Source of the DNA: Protoeuglena noctilucae
Lineage: Eukaryota
Reading direction: 5' to 3'
Assembly: GCA_958009085.1 (NCBI GenBank)
Contig: OY253673.1
Location: 62,001 to 126,000, forward strand
DNA: 64,000 nt
Shown here: in pieces, positions 9,567-21,432 of the stretch
How the letters are laid out: each line of letters opens with the position of its first letter
How positions within the stretch are numbered: the first letter of the stretch is position 1
Translations under genes and position numbers: made by a program
Notes under the pieces: model-generated
Seen by the model: the letters and a program-made list of their open reading frames with translations, nothing else
What the model was told of the DNA's origin: nothing
Databases searched by the model: none

Positions 9567-9654
9567 GGGGATGTAGCTCAGTGGTAGAGCGGCCGACTCC
9601 AGATTCGTCGACGAAGTCATCGGCAGGTCGTGTGTTCGATCCATGCCGTCCTCA
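9567..9654 (+). tRNA. trnW: tRNA-Trp(CCA) with 16-nt intron (9603-9618)
   Basis: Acceptor GGGGATG/CGTCCTC-A, D arm GCTC/GAGC, anticodon stem GCCGA/TCGGC with CT-CCA-G, T arm GTGTG-TTCGATC-CATGC, and a downstream T-run. Confidence 0.9.
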
Positions 9655-9760
9655 CTCAAGGTCGAAATCTTTTGTTGGCAGGTTTTATCATTTTTCGATA
9701 AAGCAAAAGGGGACCCTGGCCGGATTCGACTCCGGGGGATGGAGGAATCCTCCACCTTGA

Positions 9761-9843
9761 TCCTTGAGGGTAGATTCGAACTACCGACCCTGGGATCGCC
9801 GGAAGATTACAGTCCCATGCTCTACCAACTGAGCTACCCAAGG
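9761..9843 (-). tRNA. trnY: tRNA-Tyr(GTA) with 10-nt intron
   Basis: Reverse strand reads CCTTGGG-TA-GCTC-AGTTGGTA-GAGC-A-TGGGA-CT-GTA-A-[TCTTCCGGCG]-A-TCCCA-GGGTC-GGTAG-TTCGAAT-CTACC-CTCAAGG-A. C1:G72 and A73 give eukaryotic Tyr identity. Confidence 0.92.
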
Positions 9844-10107
9844 GGGTCGAACCCGCGACGTGCGCGAGCCCGCTCCCATACAAGTTGATGCTCCTCCGGA
9901 GCGAAAATTATAATATATATAACAAGAACACTGCCTGCAATGCTGAGGTTGGCGACGCGTCAATGCGCGGCCCCCTGATGGGCCCGCCGACCCGCCAGCG
10001 ATTTCACGTCATCGAAAAAACTAGAACGGGCCCCTCCCTCGCCCGGTTTAGGGTGCCGCCGGCGCAGGCCACGGTTATCAGGGCGCGCGGGTGCGCGTGA
10101 GCGGGAG

Positions 10108-10300
10108 GTGGGCCAAGGTCGTCAGCGTAAAAGGGCCAGGGTCGCCACAGCGTCGGTCCAAGGTCGTCAGCGTGGTGGGCCAAGGTCGTCAGCGTGGTGG
10201 GCCAAGGTCGTCAGCGTGATGGGCCAAGGTCGTCAGCGTGGTGGGCCAAGGTCGTCAGCGTGATAGGCCAAGGTCGTTAGCGTGACAGGCCAAGATCATC
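10108..10300 (+). repeat. 22-bp minisatellite (GTGGGCCAAGGTCGTCAGCGTG)n, ~8 copies with degenerate edges
   Basis: Head-to-tail units are directly visible at 10108-10300. Confidence 0.9.
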
Positions 10301-11079
10301 TGGGCGTGTGGGGGCGAGGAGTTGAGGGACGGGCCAAGGCCGACGGGCGCGGGAGAGGACGGGCCAAGGGCCAAGGTCGACGTGCGGGAGCGAGGAGGGA
10401 GCGGGGTCGCGTCGTGGGTCTCTGGGCACACGGCCGAGTGGGTCGTGCCGGCGCACGCACCCGGAGCGGGGCGGTCTGGGGCGGTCCACATGAGAGGCAG
10501 CCGGCCCTCAGGGGCGCAGCGTGGGCGAGCGGGGCGCCCAGGGGCAACGCTGCGCCCCCCAATGAACGCCGTCTGCGTTCGGACCGCCCCCACCGCCCTC
10601 GCGTCCGGGCCAGCGTGGCCGGGTGGGCGAGCCAGCCGGGCCGCCTGAGGAGGATGGGAGGAGGGTAGGGAGCGGGGGATGTCATGATTGGCCGCACATA
10701 AGCTACACAGATCGTCATTAGCCTCGGCCTCACCTTTTGTAATAGACGCCCGGGGGTCTCCACGGAGGGCCCCCGCGGCTGCATCGTCCCACTCTGGGAC
10801 GGCGATTCTGCCTTCGGGCGCAGCGAGGGGGCTAGGGGTGCAAGAACCCAGGGTGGGCGACCCCTTTGCCTTAGGGTGGGGCAACCTAGCGGGGGCGGGC
10901 CACGTGCCATATGCACTGCAACGATGGAAACCCCGGGGTGTCAGCTGCCCCGGGGGACGGCACTTCTGCCGCAAGGCATGGCTCTGAGAGTCATAGCACC
11001 CCTCGACTGTTGAATCGCTCATCATCATCGTCTCCTTCAATCGAGGAGCATAGACAACCCTGCCCTGACTAGGCCAGGG

Positions 11080-13917
11080 TCACAGCCCTTGGGCTCCCCG
11101 GGCCCTCGTCTCGTCCCTCATGGACTTGAGCTTCCTGGTCAGGCGGTCGATGTCGCCCATGTCCAGGTCCTCCCCCAGCTGCGCCCGCGTGAGGATCGCC
11201 GACACGTCCCTCGCGTCCGCGGCGTCCCCCGTCCCTGCCGCCTCCTGATCCCCCTCCTCGGCGCCCCTAGAGGGGCCAGCATCCTCCCGGGGCCGGCTTG
11301 TGGGGGTCGCGGACGCGTCACGGCGCGACTTGCCCGAGCTGGCCTCCGAGTGCTCCCGGCTGCTCCACTTGGACGCGTCCAGCAGAGACTGGAGCCGCGC
11401 CTCGAGCTGCTCGATCGTCTCGCCTGCGGCCGAGATGGGGCAAGCCTCGCCGCGATGCCCCGCAGGGCGGCAACAATCGCACGCAGGGCCGCCCCGCCAC
11501 GCTCGTCACCCGTGCGCCTGTCCAGGTCCGTGAGGCGCTGCAGCGGCACCGACATCCCCGTCGACGTGGGGCTGGCTGTCTCGTGTCTCAGAGACGACCG
11601 CAGCAGCTCCCCCCACCCCTCCCTGGCATGCGCCCGGTCGTCCGCCGGCGTCTGGGCCGGCGAGATGACCTCCTGGATCGCGGGGGCGAGCTCGTACATG
11701 AGCGGGCTCCCCGCCTCCACCACCATGCCGTCGTCCACGTCCCCGCTCCGCTCAGTCCCCCGGTCGTCTCTGGCGTGCGGAGACTGCACCAGCCCAGCCG
11801 GGACTCCCCGCGACCCCAGGTGGGCCGACATGCCCAGCCGCTCGCGGGGCTGAGGCGACGGGGAGAAGGCCGCAGAGGCCGCCTCCGCTCTGCGGGGCGG
11901 GGACGAGTCACGGACTATCTCCCTGCGTCCGACACGCAGGCAGGATACGGGCAGCGGTGTCTGCCTCCTGCTCCGCCGTGCGCGCTCACCCTCGCTCGTG
12001 GGCCCCCCGGATGGAAGACAGGGGCACCGACCCGCTGGGGATGGCGGACTCGGTCGCGAAGGAGATCTCCGGAGCCTCGTCCGCCCCATCCGCGTCCTCC
12101 GCCTCGTCCGGCAGCGAGCTGACGAGGCTCAGTTGCGGGTGCAGCAGCTGCATGATGTGGCTCTGCAGGCGCTCGGCCGCCGCCTGCCCCTGCACGTCTG
12201 GCTCGGCCTCCACCGCCCGGGAGCCCTGCCGGGCATGACGGGGGGATGCACGCCCCGGCCCACTCGTCGCCCACGCGTCCGTGGCCCCGTGAATCTGCCG
12301 CACGACCCCCTCCGGCAGCCCCGTCATCCACGCCTCGTTGTCCAGCCCGTCGTCCCTCGCCCCCGCGCGCCGCGCCGCCTCGAGCCGCTGCACCCGCTTC
12401 GTCAGCGTGGAGACGACCTGGTGGTGCCGCACCACCTCCGCCTCCAGCTTGTTGATGTACTTGTCCCTCTCTTCCAGCTTGCGCCCCTTGGCCGCGTCCG
12501 ATTCCGTCAGGTACTCCAGGCGCCGCACGGCCCCGATGAGCCGGCTCTGCATCTTGCCCGCGTGGGTCTGCGCCACCGACCGGTCCTTGCGCAGGGCCGC
12601 CTCGAGGCGGTCCCGTTGCTCCGTCACCATCCCCAGCTCCCCCCGCAGCTTCTTCAGCTCGCCGTCCTGCAGCTCGAGCCGGCGGCGCAGGGCGGCGTTC
12701 TCCCCCAGCATAAAAGCTACGTCCATTGGAGGCGGACCCACGGGGACGGGGTAGTCCTCTGGCGCGACGGGGAGGGAGGAAAGTACGGTGAGGCAGGTGG
12801 GCCACGCGTGGGCTTCAGGAGAGTCGCAGCGGCGGGGCGGAGCTCACCGGGCGGCTTGGACAGCGCCAGGACCTCTTTGGTGGCAAGACCATCCAAGATG
12901 CGGTCCCGCCGGGCATCGTGCGCCGTGACCGTTCGTCGGTAGTCCTCCAACTGAGCCAAATACATGGTCTGCAGGGACTTGCTGCGCTCCTCGACCGCGG
13001 CCACCTGCTCCTCCAGGAGCGCCTTCTGGTCCCGCAGCGTGGCCACCTCGGTCGACAGGAGGCTGTTGTCGTTGGCCAAGCCCTCCGCCTGCGAGGCCAG
13101 CTCCGCCAGGGCCTCTCGATGCCTCCCGAGCTGCTCCTCCAAATCCGCAATCCGCCCGGCGCTCTCGCGAGCCTGCTTCAGCTGCTGGTGCCGGTTCTCC
13201 ACCATGGCCTGGCTGTGCATCTGTTTCGCCTTTGCCATGTGCTCGGCCAAGCGGCGTGTGTGGCTCCGCAGGGCATCCACCTCCGCCTGCGGGCAGGGGG
13301 CGGCGGAGGTCGACCGCGCGCCTCGTCGAACGAGCCGCACACCTCTTCGGACGAGCCGCACGCCTATTGGCCACGCTGTTGTGCCCGCGTGCGGTGTCGC
13401 CCCACCTTGAGCGCCGAACCCTTCACGCGCAGCCGCGCAGCCTCGTGCACGGCATCCTTCTCGGCCTCCAGGCTCCATTTCTCACGATCCAGCGGCTTGG
13501 CCACCAGGTCCCGGCTCAGCGCGGACGCCGTCGACGAGCTGAGGATGCGGGGGGGCGCGGCGCGCCGTGCGGGGCGGGCGGGCGGGCCTTCCGCGCGTCT
13601 GCGCCACAACATCTCTCACCTACTCGTCGGTGCGCGCTTGCTCCCAGCGGGCCGGGCGTCCGTGCCCCCGCGCGGGGCCGTCTGCATGCCGATGTCGATG
13701 TCCAGCACCTCCTTCAGGGCGTCCAAGCGCCGCACGTGCTCATCGAACGAGCTCGCCTCCGAATCCGGCCCCTTTGCATCTTCGAGAAAGATTTTTGCCC
13801 CCCGGAGAAGCGCATTTCTCTCCGACTCCGTCAGCGACTGGAGGAAGGTCTGCTCCTGCGACGCGGAGGTGAGAGGTCGACCGTCAGAAATCACGTCGCC
13901 GATGCCCCATCGTTGAA
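11080..13917 (-). CDS. Spliced long coiled-coil protein, function unknown (5' end uncertain)
   Basis: Consecutive minus-strand exons with heptad-rich sequence (…ENAALRRRLELQDGELKKLRGEL…, …LADLEEQL-type repeats), GTGAG/CAG introns and a stop at ~11080. Confidence 0.6.
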
Positions 13918-14226
13918 CTGCAGACCACGCCGCACCTTCACAGGCACGGGGCCCGCCTCATCGCCGACCGTCGGGGCCTTGCCCCCGCGAGCCTTCAATG
14001 AGGCACCCGCGGCGAGCACCATCCTCCCCGGCACCGCCACGAATGCCGCCAACTGTTTCACTCGCGGCCTGGCGAGCGCAACGTGCCTGCGGCGCGCGGA
14101 GGCGGAGCGTCGCCTGACGTCAGGGGCCCTGTCACTCCGTGGTCAGGGTCCTTTGGCCGTCCCGCGCGTCCCCTGCGGCCCCGCCTCGGCCCCGGGCAGT
14201 CGCGTTCTTTCTTAAAACCTTCAACC

Positions 14227-16091
14227 ATGCGGATGCCAGTCAACCAGGCGGAGGCGCTCGCCTCGCCGAGCTGCAGCGGGGGGGCAGGGTGCGGGCTCGG
14301 GTCCCGCGCCCAGCCCCGGCGTCACGGCGGGCTCACGCCCGCGCGCACGGAGCGGCGCTATCGCCTCGCATGCCGCAGCGCGCGCTCGTCCGCCGAGCGG
14401 GCCGGGCCGGATCGCTTCGCCCCTGCCCAGGCGGTCGCGGGGCCCGCTGTGCGCGGCGCCACGCCGCGCGCCCCGGCCGAGACGCCCGCGCCGCCATCTA
14501 TGGTTCCCGTCAGTCTCGACGCCATCCGCCTGCCCGTGAAGGTGAGGCCCCGCGAGCTCGGCCCCGGACCCGTCGCGGGGCGCAGCGGTTCGCCTCGCCC
14601 GCGCCCTCACCGGCTCCTTTTGATCGTCTCGCAGCGGGACCTCGAGCAGCTCGACGAGAGACTGCGCAACGTCGTGGGGCAAAGGCACCCGATGCTCATG
14701 GCCGCTGCCGACCAGATTTTCGGCGCCGGGGGGAAGAAGATGCGGCCGATTCTGTGCTTCCTCGTGGCCAGGGCGACGCAGGCGTGCGCGGGAAACAGGT
14801 GCGGGCGCCGGGAGGGCGCGGATGGCCCGCCCCCGAGCTCCTGGCTCCCGCGGTCTGGTGGCCGATCGCGCGCGCGGCGGGGCCCGGGGGCCGGGTGCGC
14901 GGCACGTGCAGGGCCCCTATCTTCGGGTCTTCGGGCGTGACTCGCGCCGGCCCGCGCCGTGGCCCCCGCGAGACGCGCCTGCCCGCGCCGCCCTCGCAGC
15001 GACATCAATGAGAAGCAGCGCCGGCTCGCCGAGATCACGGAGATGATCCACGTGGCGTCGCTGGTTCACGACGACGTGTTGGACGAGTGCAACGTCCGCA
15101 GGGGGGCCGCGGTGAGGGGCGGCGGGGCCGCAAATGCGACGCCACGGCGGGGCGGGGCGCGGAGCCCCATGCGCAGGACCCGCGGCGCCCTCACCCCGCG
15201 CAGACCGTCAACTCCCTCTTCGGCACGCGCGTGGCCGTCCTCGTGGGCGACTTCCTCTTCGCCCAGTCCTCGTGGGGCCTCGCCCAGCTCGAGAACATCG
15301 AGGTCATCAAGCTCATCTCGCAGGTCATCGCCGACTTCGCCGACGGGGAGATCTCGCAGGCGCAGTCCCTGGTGCGTGCGCGCGTGCGTGCGTGCGCCGA
15401 AGCAGGAGGCGCGGGGCGAAGTCCAAGCTTAGATGGTGCGTGCGGCCTGTCACTGCCACCCGTCACACGCCCTGCCCCCGCCTGGCCCCCCGCAGTTCAA
15501 CTGCAGCGTCACCCTGGACAACTACCTGGCCAAGTCCTTCTACAAGACGGCCTCGCTCATCGCCGCGTCCTGCCGCTCCGCGGCCGTCTTCAGCGAGGTC
15601 CCTGAGTCGGTGCGCCAGGCCATGTTCGACTATGGCAAGCACCTGGGCCTGGCCTTCCAGGTGGTGGACGACATCCTCGACTTCACCCAGTCGGCCGAGG
15701 TGCTGGGGAAGCCCCAGGGCCAGGACCTGGCCTCGGGCAACCTCACGGCGCCCGCCATCTTTGCGCTCGAGTCGGACGTGGGCGGGGAGCTGCAGCGGCT
15801 CATTGAGACGGGTGAGGGGGGGCGAGAGGCGGGGTGACTACGGGCACGGGCACAGGCACGGGTAATTTTGCTCACCCGGCTGCCCTCTGCGTCGCTGCAG
15901 AGTTCGAGGAGGAGGGGGCGCTGGGGCGGGCGGTGCAGCTGGTGACGGACCTGGGCGGGGTGGCGGCGGCGCGGCGGCTGGCGCGCGAGGAGGCGGACCG
16001 GGCGCTGGTGGCCCTGGAGTGCCTGCCGGAGAGCGAGTCGAAGCGCAGCATGGCGGCCATGGTGGACTGGGTCCTCGAGCGCCTGCACTAG
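14227..16091 (+). CDS. SPS: Solanesyl diphosphate synthase (plastid trans-prenyltransferase), spliced
   Basis: [22 protein letters not shown] (FARM), [20 protein letters not shown] and [10 protein letters not shown] (SARM), with a transit-peptide-like N-terminus. Confidence 0.92.
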
Positions 16092-16335
16092 GGGCCCGAC
16101 AACAGGGGCCCAGCGGACTCCCCTGCCCCCTTCCCCGCGCGGCACAGCATGCATGGCGCCACTCCACTCCCTGTCCTGTGCTGCCCCCTGGCTCTCTTGT
16201 CTATCCCGCGGTCGAAGGACGGCGCCACGCGGAGCGCGGAGCGGCACGCGTGGCGGGGCCGACGAGTCTCTCTGTAAAACAGCTCCCAGCGACGATGCGT
16301 ACACGATCGCCATGGCAATGCGCCCCTCGTCCCTC

Positions 16336-18446
16336 TCACGTCGCGTGTTTTAAAAGCCCCCATGCCGCCCACCCTAGCGCCGCGCACGCCACACCCAGCA
16401 GCACCCAGCTAGCCATGGCCCCCCACCTGCCCCGGCGGGGTGGCGGCGCTGATACCCCGTCGTCGCCATGTGCGATCGCCTCCCCCTTCCCCTTCCCCTC
16501 GCCCCCCTCGCCCCCCCCGCCCCCCTCGGCCCCCGCCACCGCCCCTGCGCCTGCGCGCCCCCTCGCCCGCACCCGCCCCCTCGCGCGGTCGGCCGCCGCC
16601 CGCACCGCGTCTCCCACCGGCCCCGCCGCCAGGTCGTCGACCGAGTAGCGCGTCCGGTGCGCAGGGCCCACCAGCTTGCGCCCCTTGGAAAGCAGCCGCA
16701 CGGCGCGGCGCAGGAGCCCCGCGCGCCTCCGGGACGCCAGCTCCGCCAGGCGCTCGTGCTTGAGCGCCGCCACGGCCTGCCGCGCAAAGAGCACGGAGCT
16801 GCTCGTCTCCGGGCGCGCCCCCACCTCGCACACCGCCACGGTGCGGAAGTGGGCGGCGAAGTCGTCGAAGTCGATCCAGAACTCCCCGTCGTCCTCCGCC
16901 AGGGCCGGGTCCACGGCCGCCCGCACGTCCGGGTGCGCGTCCCAGGCGCCGCTGCGGTCAGACCACGCCCCGTTCCAGTCGAAGGTGCCCCAGGGGTTGC
17001 GCACGCGCATCAGCCGCGCGGGCGACCGCGGCCCCAGCGTCGCCGCCGCCACCTCCCGGCACTCGATCACCGTGTAGGCGTGGCCGTACACCAGGCCGTC
17101 CGCCCCGCGCGTCTCGGCCCCCGCCGCCACCGCCGCCGTCCCCGCCGCCACCACCCACCCCCGCTCGTCCGCCTCCCGCAGCGTCCCCCAGAACTCCTCC
17201 GGGCCCAGGTCCCGCACCTCGCCCTCCTCCGGCCAGTAGGGCGGCCGCGCGTCCATGGTCGGGAGGCCCTTCTTGGCGCCCCGGAACCCCCGCCACCGCC
17301 CGTCCACCCGCGCGTAGCTCCACGTCACGTCCCCCGTCAGCGTCTCCAGCGCCACCTTGGTCTCGCCCCCGCACCCGATCATGTGGTAGCCCCCCGCCAG
17401 CTTGGCCGCCGCCTTCTCGAGCAGCGACACCCACATCTCGTTCCCGAACGCCTTGGCGAAGCACGGTCGCCCGCTCCACTCGAACACCGGCACCCAGTCG
17501 TCCACCACCACCTCGTGCCACACCCCGGGCGCCCCCGCCCGCCGCGCCGCGCCGTCCGTGTAGGGTTCGAACAGTCGCACCGTGAAGCGCCCCGCCAGGG
17601 GGTCGGTCCCCTCGTCCACCAGCAGGCACCGCACCAGGCTCGGGAACTCTGCCAGGCACGCCAGGCTGGACAGCAGCCAGCAGTCCCCCAGGGCGCCCTG
17701 GCGGATGTCGGAGGCCTCGACGCCGTCAAACACCACGGGCGCCTGGCCCCCGGGGAGGTCCGTCAGCCGCGCCCACGTGGAGGGCTGCTTGGGCGTGCGG
17801 TCGCGCCCCGCGCCCTCCAGCCACCAGGGCCCCGGGGGCCGGTCCGGGTCCACGAACCTCGGCAGCCCCAGGCGCGCGCACACGTCGCTGGCCGTGACGC
17901 GGCGGAAGGGCGCCCATCGCAGGCGCAGCTCCCGGTCGCGCTCGGCCGCGTCGGTGAGGACCAGCTCCAGAGGGAAGGTCACGTGCTCAAAGACGGTCCC
18001 CCTGGGTCGCACCGGCAGCGAGGGTCGGGTCAGCGCCAGGCAGGCGGAGGACGGAGGGCGAGCGGCGAGCCGACGGCGCTCACCTCTGCTCGGCGACGCA
18101 GAGCTCGGCCAGCAGGGCCCCCGCCGGGTGGGTTCGAAAGCGCACGACCCATCCAAGCGTTAACTGCGCTGGCTTGCGCTGCCCGGGCCGCACCCAGAGG
18201 ATGCATCCCTCCTCCTCCTCCCCCTCGTAGGTCACAAAGTGCGCGCCCACCAGCGAGCGCGAGGCATTGACCACGTGCACCTGGGGACAGAGTTAACATG
18301 TATCTCCAGCTTTGGGAGGAAACAGCGGGCGCATGCAACGTGGCACCGGTGTGAACGACAATTACCTCGACTCTCTTGCACTCCGGGACGGGGAGCGACT
18401 TGGCATTCTGCACAGGCTCAAAGACTGCGTCGTTTATTGGGTCCAT
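16336..18446 (-). CDS. Calpain-family cysteine protease (CysPc) with C-terminal hydrophobic anchor, spliced
   Basis: Catalytic triad motifs IRQGALGDCWLL, GHAYTV and VRNPWG, plus GEFWIDFDDF. C-terminal WVLLGVACAALGWAAWGLL. Upstream exons to ATG 18446 are inferred. Confidence 0.88.
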
Positions 18447-18804
18447 CGGGGAAATAAGCGTCGCCGTTCGCAGTCACATGTTACGGTATCCAGGAGAGAT
18501 CAAGAGCTGGCAGTGAGGGAGGCCGGGCCATCACCAGTCTGGCCCAAAGCCCTAAAACGCGTGAGGACTGCCGGCTCTGCGCTTTCTCCGTGGGACAAAC
18601 AGCAATCGGCCTAGTTTCCCGCGTATGTTGGGAGCGGATACGCGCGCACCCGCGTATAGCAAACGTGGCGCCCTGGCGCCGTGGGCTTGCAGAGTGCGCC
18701 AAACTTAGCGAGCACTGCGTGTGCGGGGTGTTGCGTAGCTGGCGCCCCCCTTCAGTTCCGGCGCGTCCTTTTGACGAGGGGTCGAGCGGTCGCATGCGGA
18801 CAAT

Positions 18805-21432
18805 ATGGCCGACGTGACGGAGGCAAAGCGGGGGGTCCGCATTGCCGCGGAGCCTGCGAGTGGACGCCAATCCCACCCGCGGCCCGGCGGTGGCCCGACC
18901 TTCCGCCGCAAACTCCGAGAGGTTGCCGCGAGGCTCGCTCAGCCCGTGGTAACGGGCGTCGCCGGCAGCAAGGCCGATGTCCTCATCACGGGCCTCGCCA
19001 GCGGGTTGGACTGCAACACACCTGCGCGCTCCGCGGTCGTCTACGGCGCCTTGTTGGTCATCCTTGCGTACGTGTGCCTTTACCGGAGCCTCGTCGGATG
19101 GGGCATCGTGGGGCCAGGCCTCGTCACCAACGTCCCAGCGGTCCTCATGCGCGTCTTTTGGTTCAAGATGTTTTGCGTCTGGTGAGCGCCGCGCCCGTCC
19201 CTGTCCCTGAGTAGCTCCTGTCCCTGAGTAGCTCCTGCCGAGCTCCTGCCGGCCTCATGCATCTGCCACTGCTCCAGGCTGCGCGGGTCGGACGGTTTGC
19301 CCAGACACATGCGAGCCCCGCCCGCCCCTCCGCACGCAGTGGCGGCATGCTGCTCTGTGCGGCGTTCCTGGTCGCCGTCGCCGTGCCGTCCCTGCGTCCC
19401 ATCGCCATGCGCTGGAACGGCGCGGTGGCGGGCGCGACGTACCAGCTGGTGCTGGCGCAGGGCGCCCTGTCCTACTTCTGCTATCCATCTTGGGCCATGT
19501 TCGCGACTTACACCAGCGCCTTCACGCAGCCCACCGTCTTCAGCACCGCGTGGGCAATGCTCTTGGCGACTAACCCCACCACGGCCGGGACGCGCTTCCT
19601 GCACCTCGTCTTCGCTGTGCCGCTCATGGGCGTCGCGCAGATGTTCGCCGAGGTGCGGGACGCGGGCTGGACGGGCCAGGGCGTGGCGCGCGCCCTCATC
19701 TCCGCCGCCGTGACGGGGCTCTGGGCGTGGCTGCTCGACGTCCTGCTCAGCTCCCGGGACGCCACCCGCGAGGCCGCGCGCCGCCTCCGCGAGGCCCAGT
19801 TTGACGCCAAGTCCCGCAGCGCGACCCTCGCCCGGGGCGCGCGCGGCGCCGTGACCCGCGCCTGGCTCCGCATGGCGTGGCTCCACGCCCTGGACGACCT
19901 CACCCAGTTCCGTGTCGCGTACGCCTTCTGGATCGTCGTCCTCGCCCTGCTCACCTGCTACTCCATGTACGTCACCGTCCTGGCCGCCTGGCGGATGGGC
20001 GCGCCGTGCCCGATAGTGCTCTACGAGGTCGTTTATCCCCTCGCCGCCCTCCTCTCGGCCCTCCTGAGCTTTACCATGGGCGTGCGCTTTGCACGTGTCA
20101 TGATCGCCAGCCGGGAGGCCATGCTGGCCAAGTTCGTCCCCGCGGACGTCGCCCAGGCGCTGGTGCAGGAGCACCTCGGGCCACGCACCGGGGTGGAGGC
20201 CAGGCTCGGCGGGAGCCGCACGCTCCAGCCCTTGCCCAGTCTGCGCCAGGTGTGGTCGCAGCGCCAGGTGCCGCCCGCAGCTCTGAGCGGGGCTGCTCCC
20301 GCACCCGCGCACGCGCCAGGTGCCGCCCGCAGCTCTGAGCGAGGCTACTCCCGCACCCGCACACGCTCTCGGCCGTTTGGCACCGCAGGGCTCCATGGCC
20401 GACTCCGGCGGGGACGACGTGGTGGTGCTGGGCGGGGAGGGCGCGCTGCTCCGGGAGTATAGCCTGCCTTTGGACGGCAACGGTGGCCCGGACGCCTTGA
20501 TGGGCGCTGTGGAAGTCGCCATCCCGTGGGCGCGCGAGGGCGACGGAGGTGCGGTGTTTGCCAAGAGCCTCCCGTATTACAAGGAGTTCAAGAGCGTGTC
20601 CGTGACGTGTGCGACCATTGTTGGGTTCAAGCAGTTCTCCAAGGTGCGGCGTGACCGCGCGGGGGATCTCTCGAATCCCGGCTGCAGCCGACTGGCAACT
20701 GCTTGCAGCGGCAGGACGCGGACCCTCCTCTGCCTGTCCACAGACCGTGCATCCGAAGACGGCGCTGCAGGCATTGCATAACATCCATTCCATCCTCGAC
20801 CAGGCCATTCGCGCTCTGCGGGGGCACAAGTACGACACCATGGGCGAGCGGTACGTGAGCCTCTTTAACGTGGTCCGGGAGGACCAGAGGCACGCGCTGA
20901 CGGCGCTGACGATGGCGTGCACGATCGTCAAGCTCGCGTCAAGCACGCTCCTGGTGAACCGGGGCCGCGACCCCATCCCGCTGGCCGCGCGCGTGGGCGT
21001 GCACTGCGGGCCGGCGGCAGGGGCGTCGCTGGGGTCCCTGCAGCCCGTACTGCAGCTGATGGGCGAGACGCTGAGCTGGGCCGAGCTCATGGAGTCCGAG
21101 GGCGGGATCAACCAGGTGCAGGTCAGCGAGCAGCTGTACGAGGCCCTGCCCCAGGCCGTGCGCAAGCTCTTCCAGGAGAGCCACATCGAGTCGCGGTCCA
21201 TGGTGAGTGGCGGGGCATCGCGGCTGGGCTAGCGGCTGGCATCTGTGGGGCATCGTGGCTGGGCTGGCATATTTGGTCCAGTTTCAGCAGCGCGTGAGCC
21301 TAGCCAATGTCACGCTGTGCGCAGGGTGTTGTGAAGACCTACCGGCTGGACGTGCTCGAAACGCCGGGGCTCGAGGAACTCGACCTCCTGTCGTCCCAGG
21401 AGTCGTGGTATCGGATCATCAAGACGCTTTGA
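18805..21432 (+). CDS. 8-TM membrane class III cyclase paralogue 1, catalytically degenerate (pseudo-cyclase), spliced
   Basis: The cyclase fold is recognisable (RVGVHCGP), but motifs read CATIVGF, YDTMGERY and GETLSWAELMES. The TM region is homologous to paralogues 2 and 3. Exons join in frame to TGA 21430-21432. Confidence 0.8.

Noticed and set aside
9700..9755. Third tRNA between Trp and Tyr
   Set aside because: Only a T-arm-like hairpin is present. No D arm, anticodon arm or acceptor pairing could be built.
10108..10300. 22-bp repeat array as a CRISPR array
   Set aside because: Units are head-to-tail with no unique spacers, there are no cas genes, and the context is eukaryotic.
10300..11050. 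ORFs 10255-11040(-) and 10296-10916(-) as genes
   Set aside because: Low-complexity translations running into the minisatellite, with no recognisable motifs or splice pattern.
16468..18270. 600-aa plus-strand ORF, and similar long ORFs 22854-24614(-), 27258-28697(-) and 58167-59657(-)
   Set aside because: Antisense shadow frames of GC-rich real genes. They are Arg/Pro/His-rich with no motifs.
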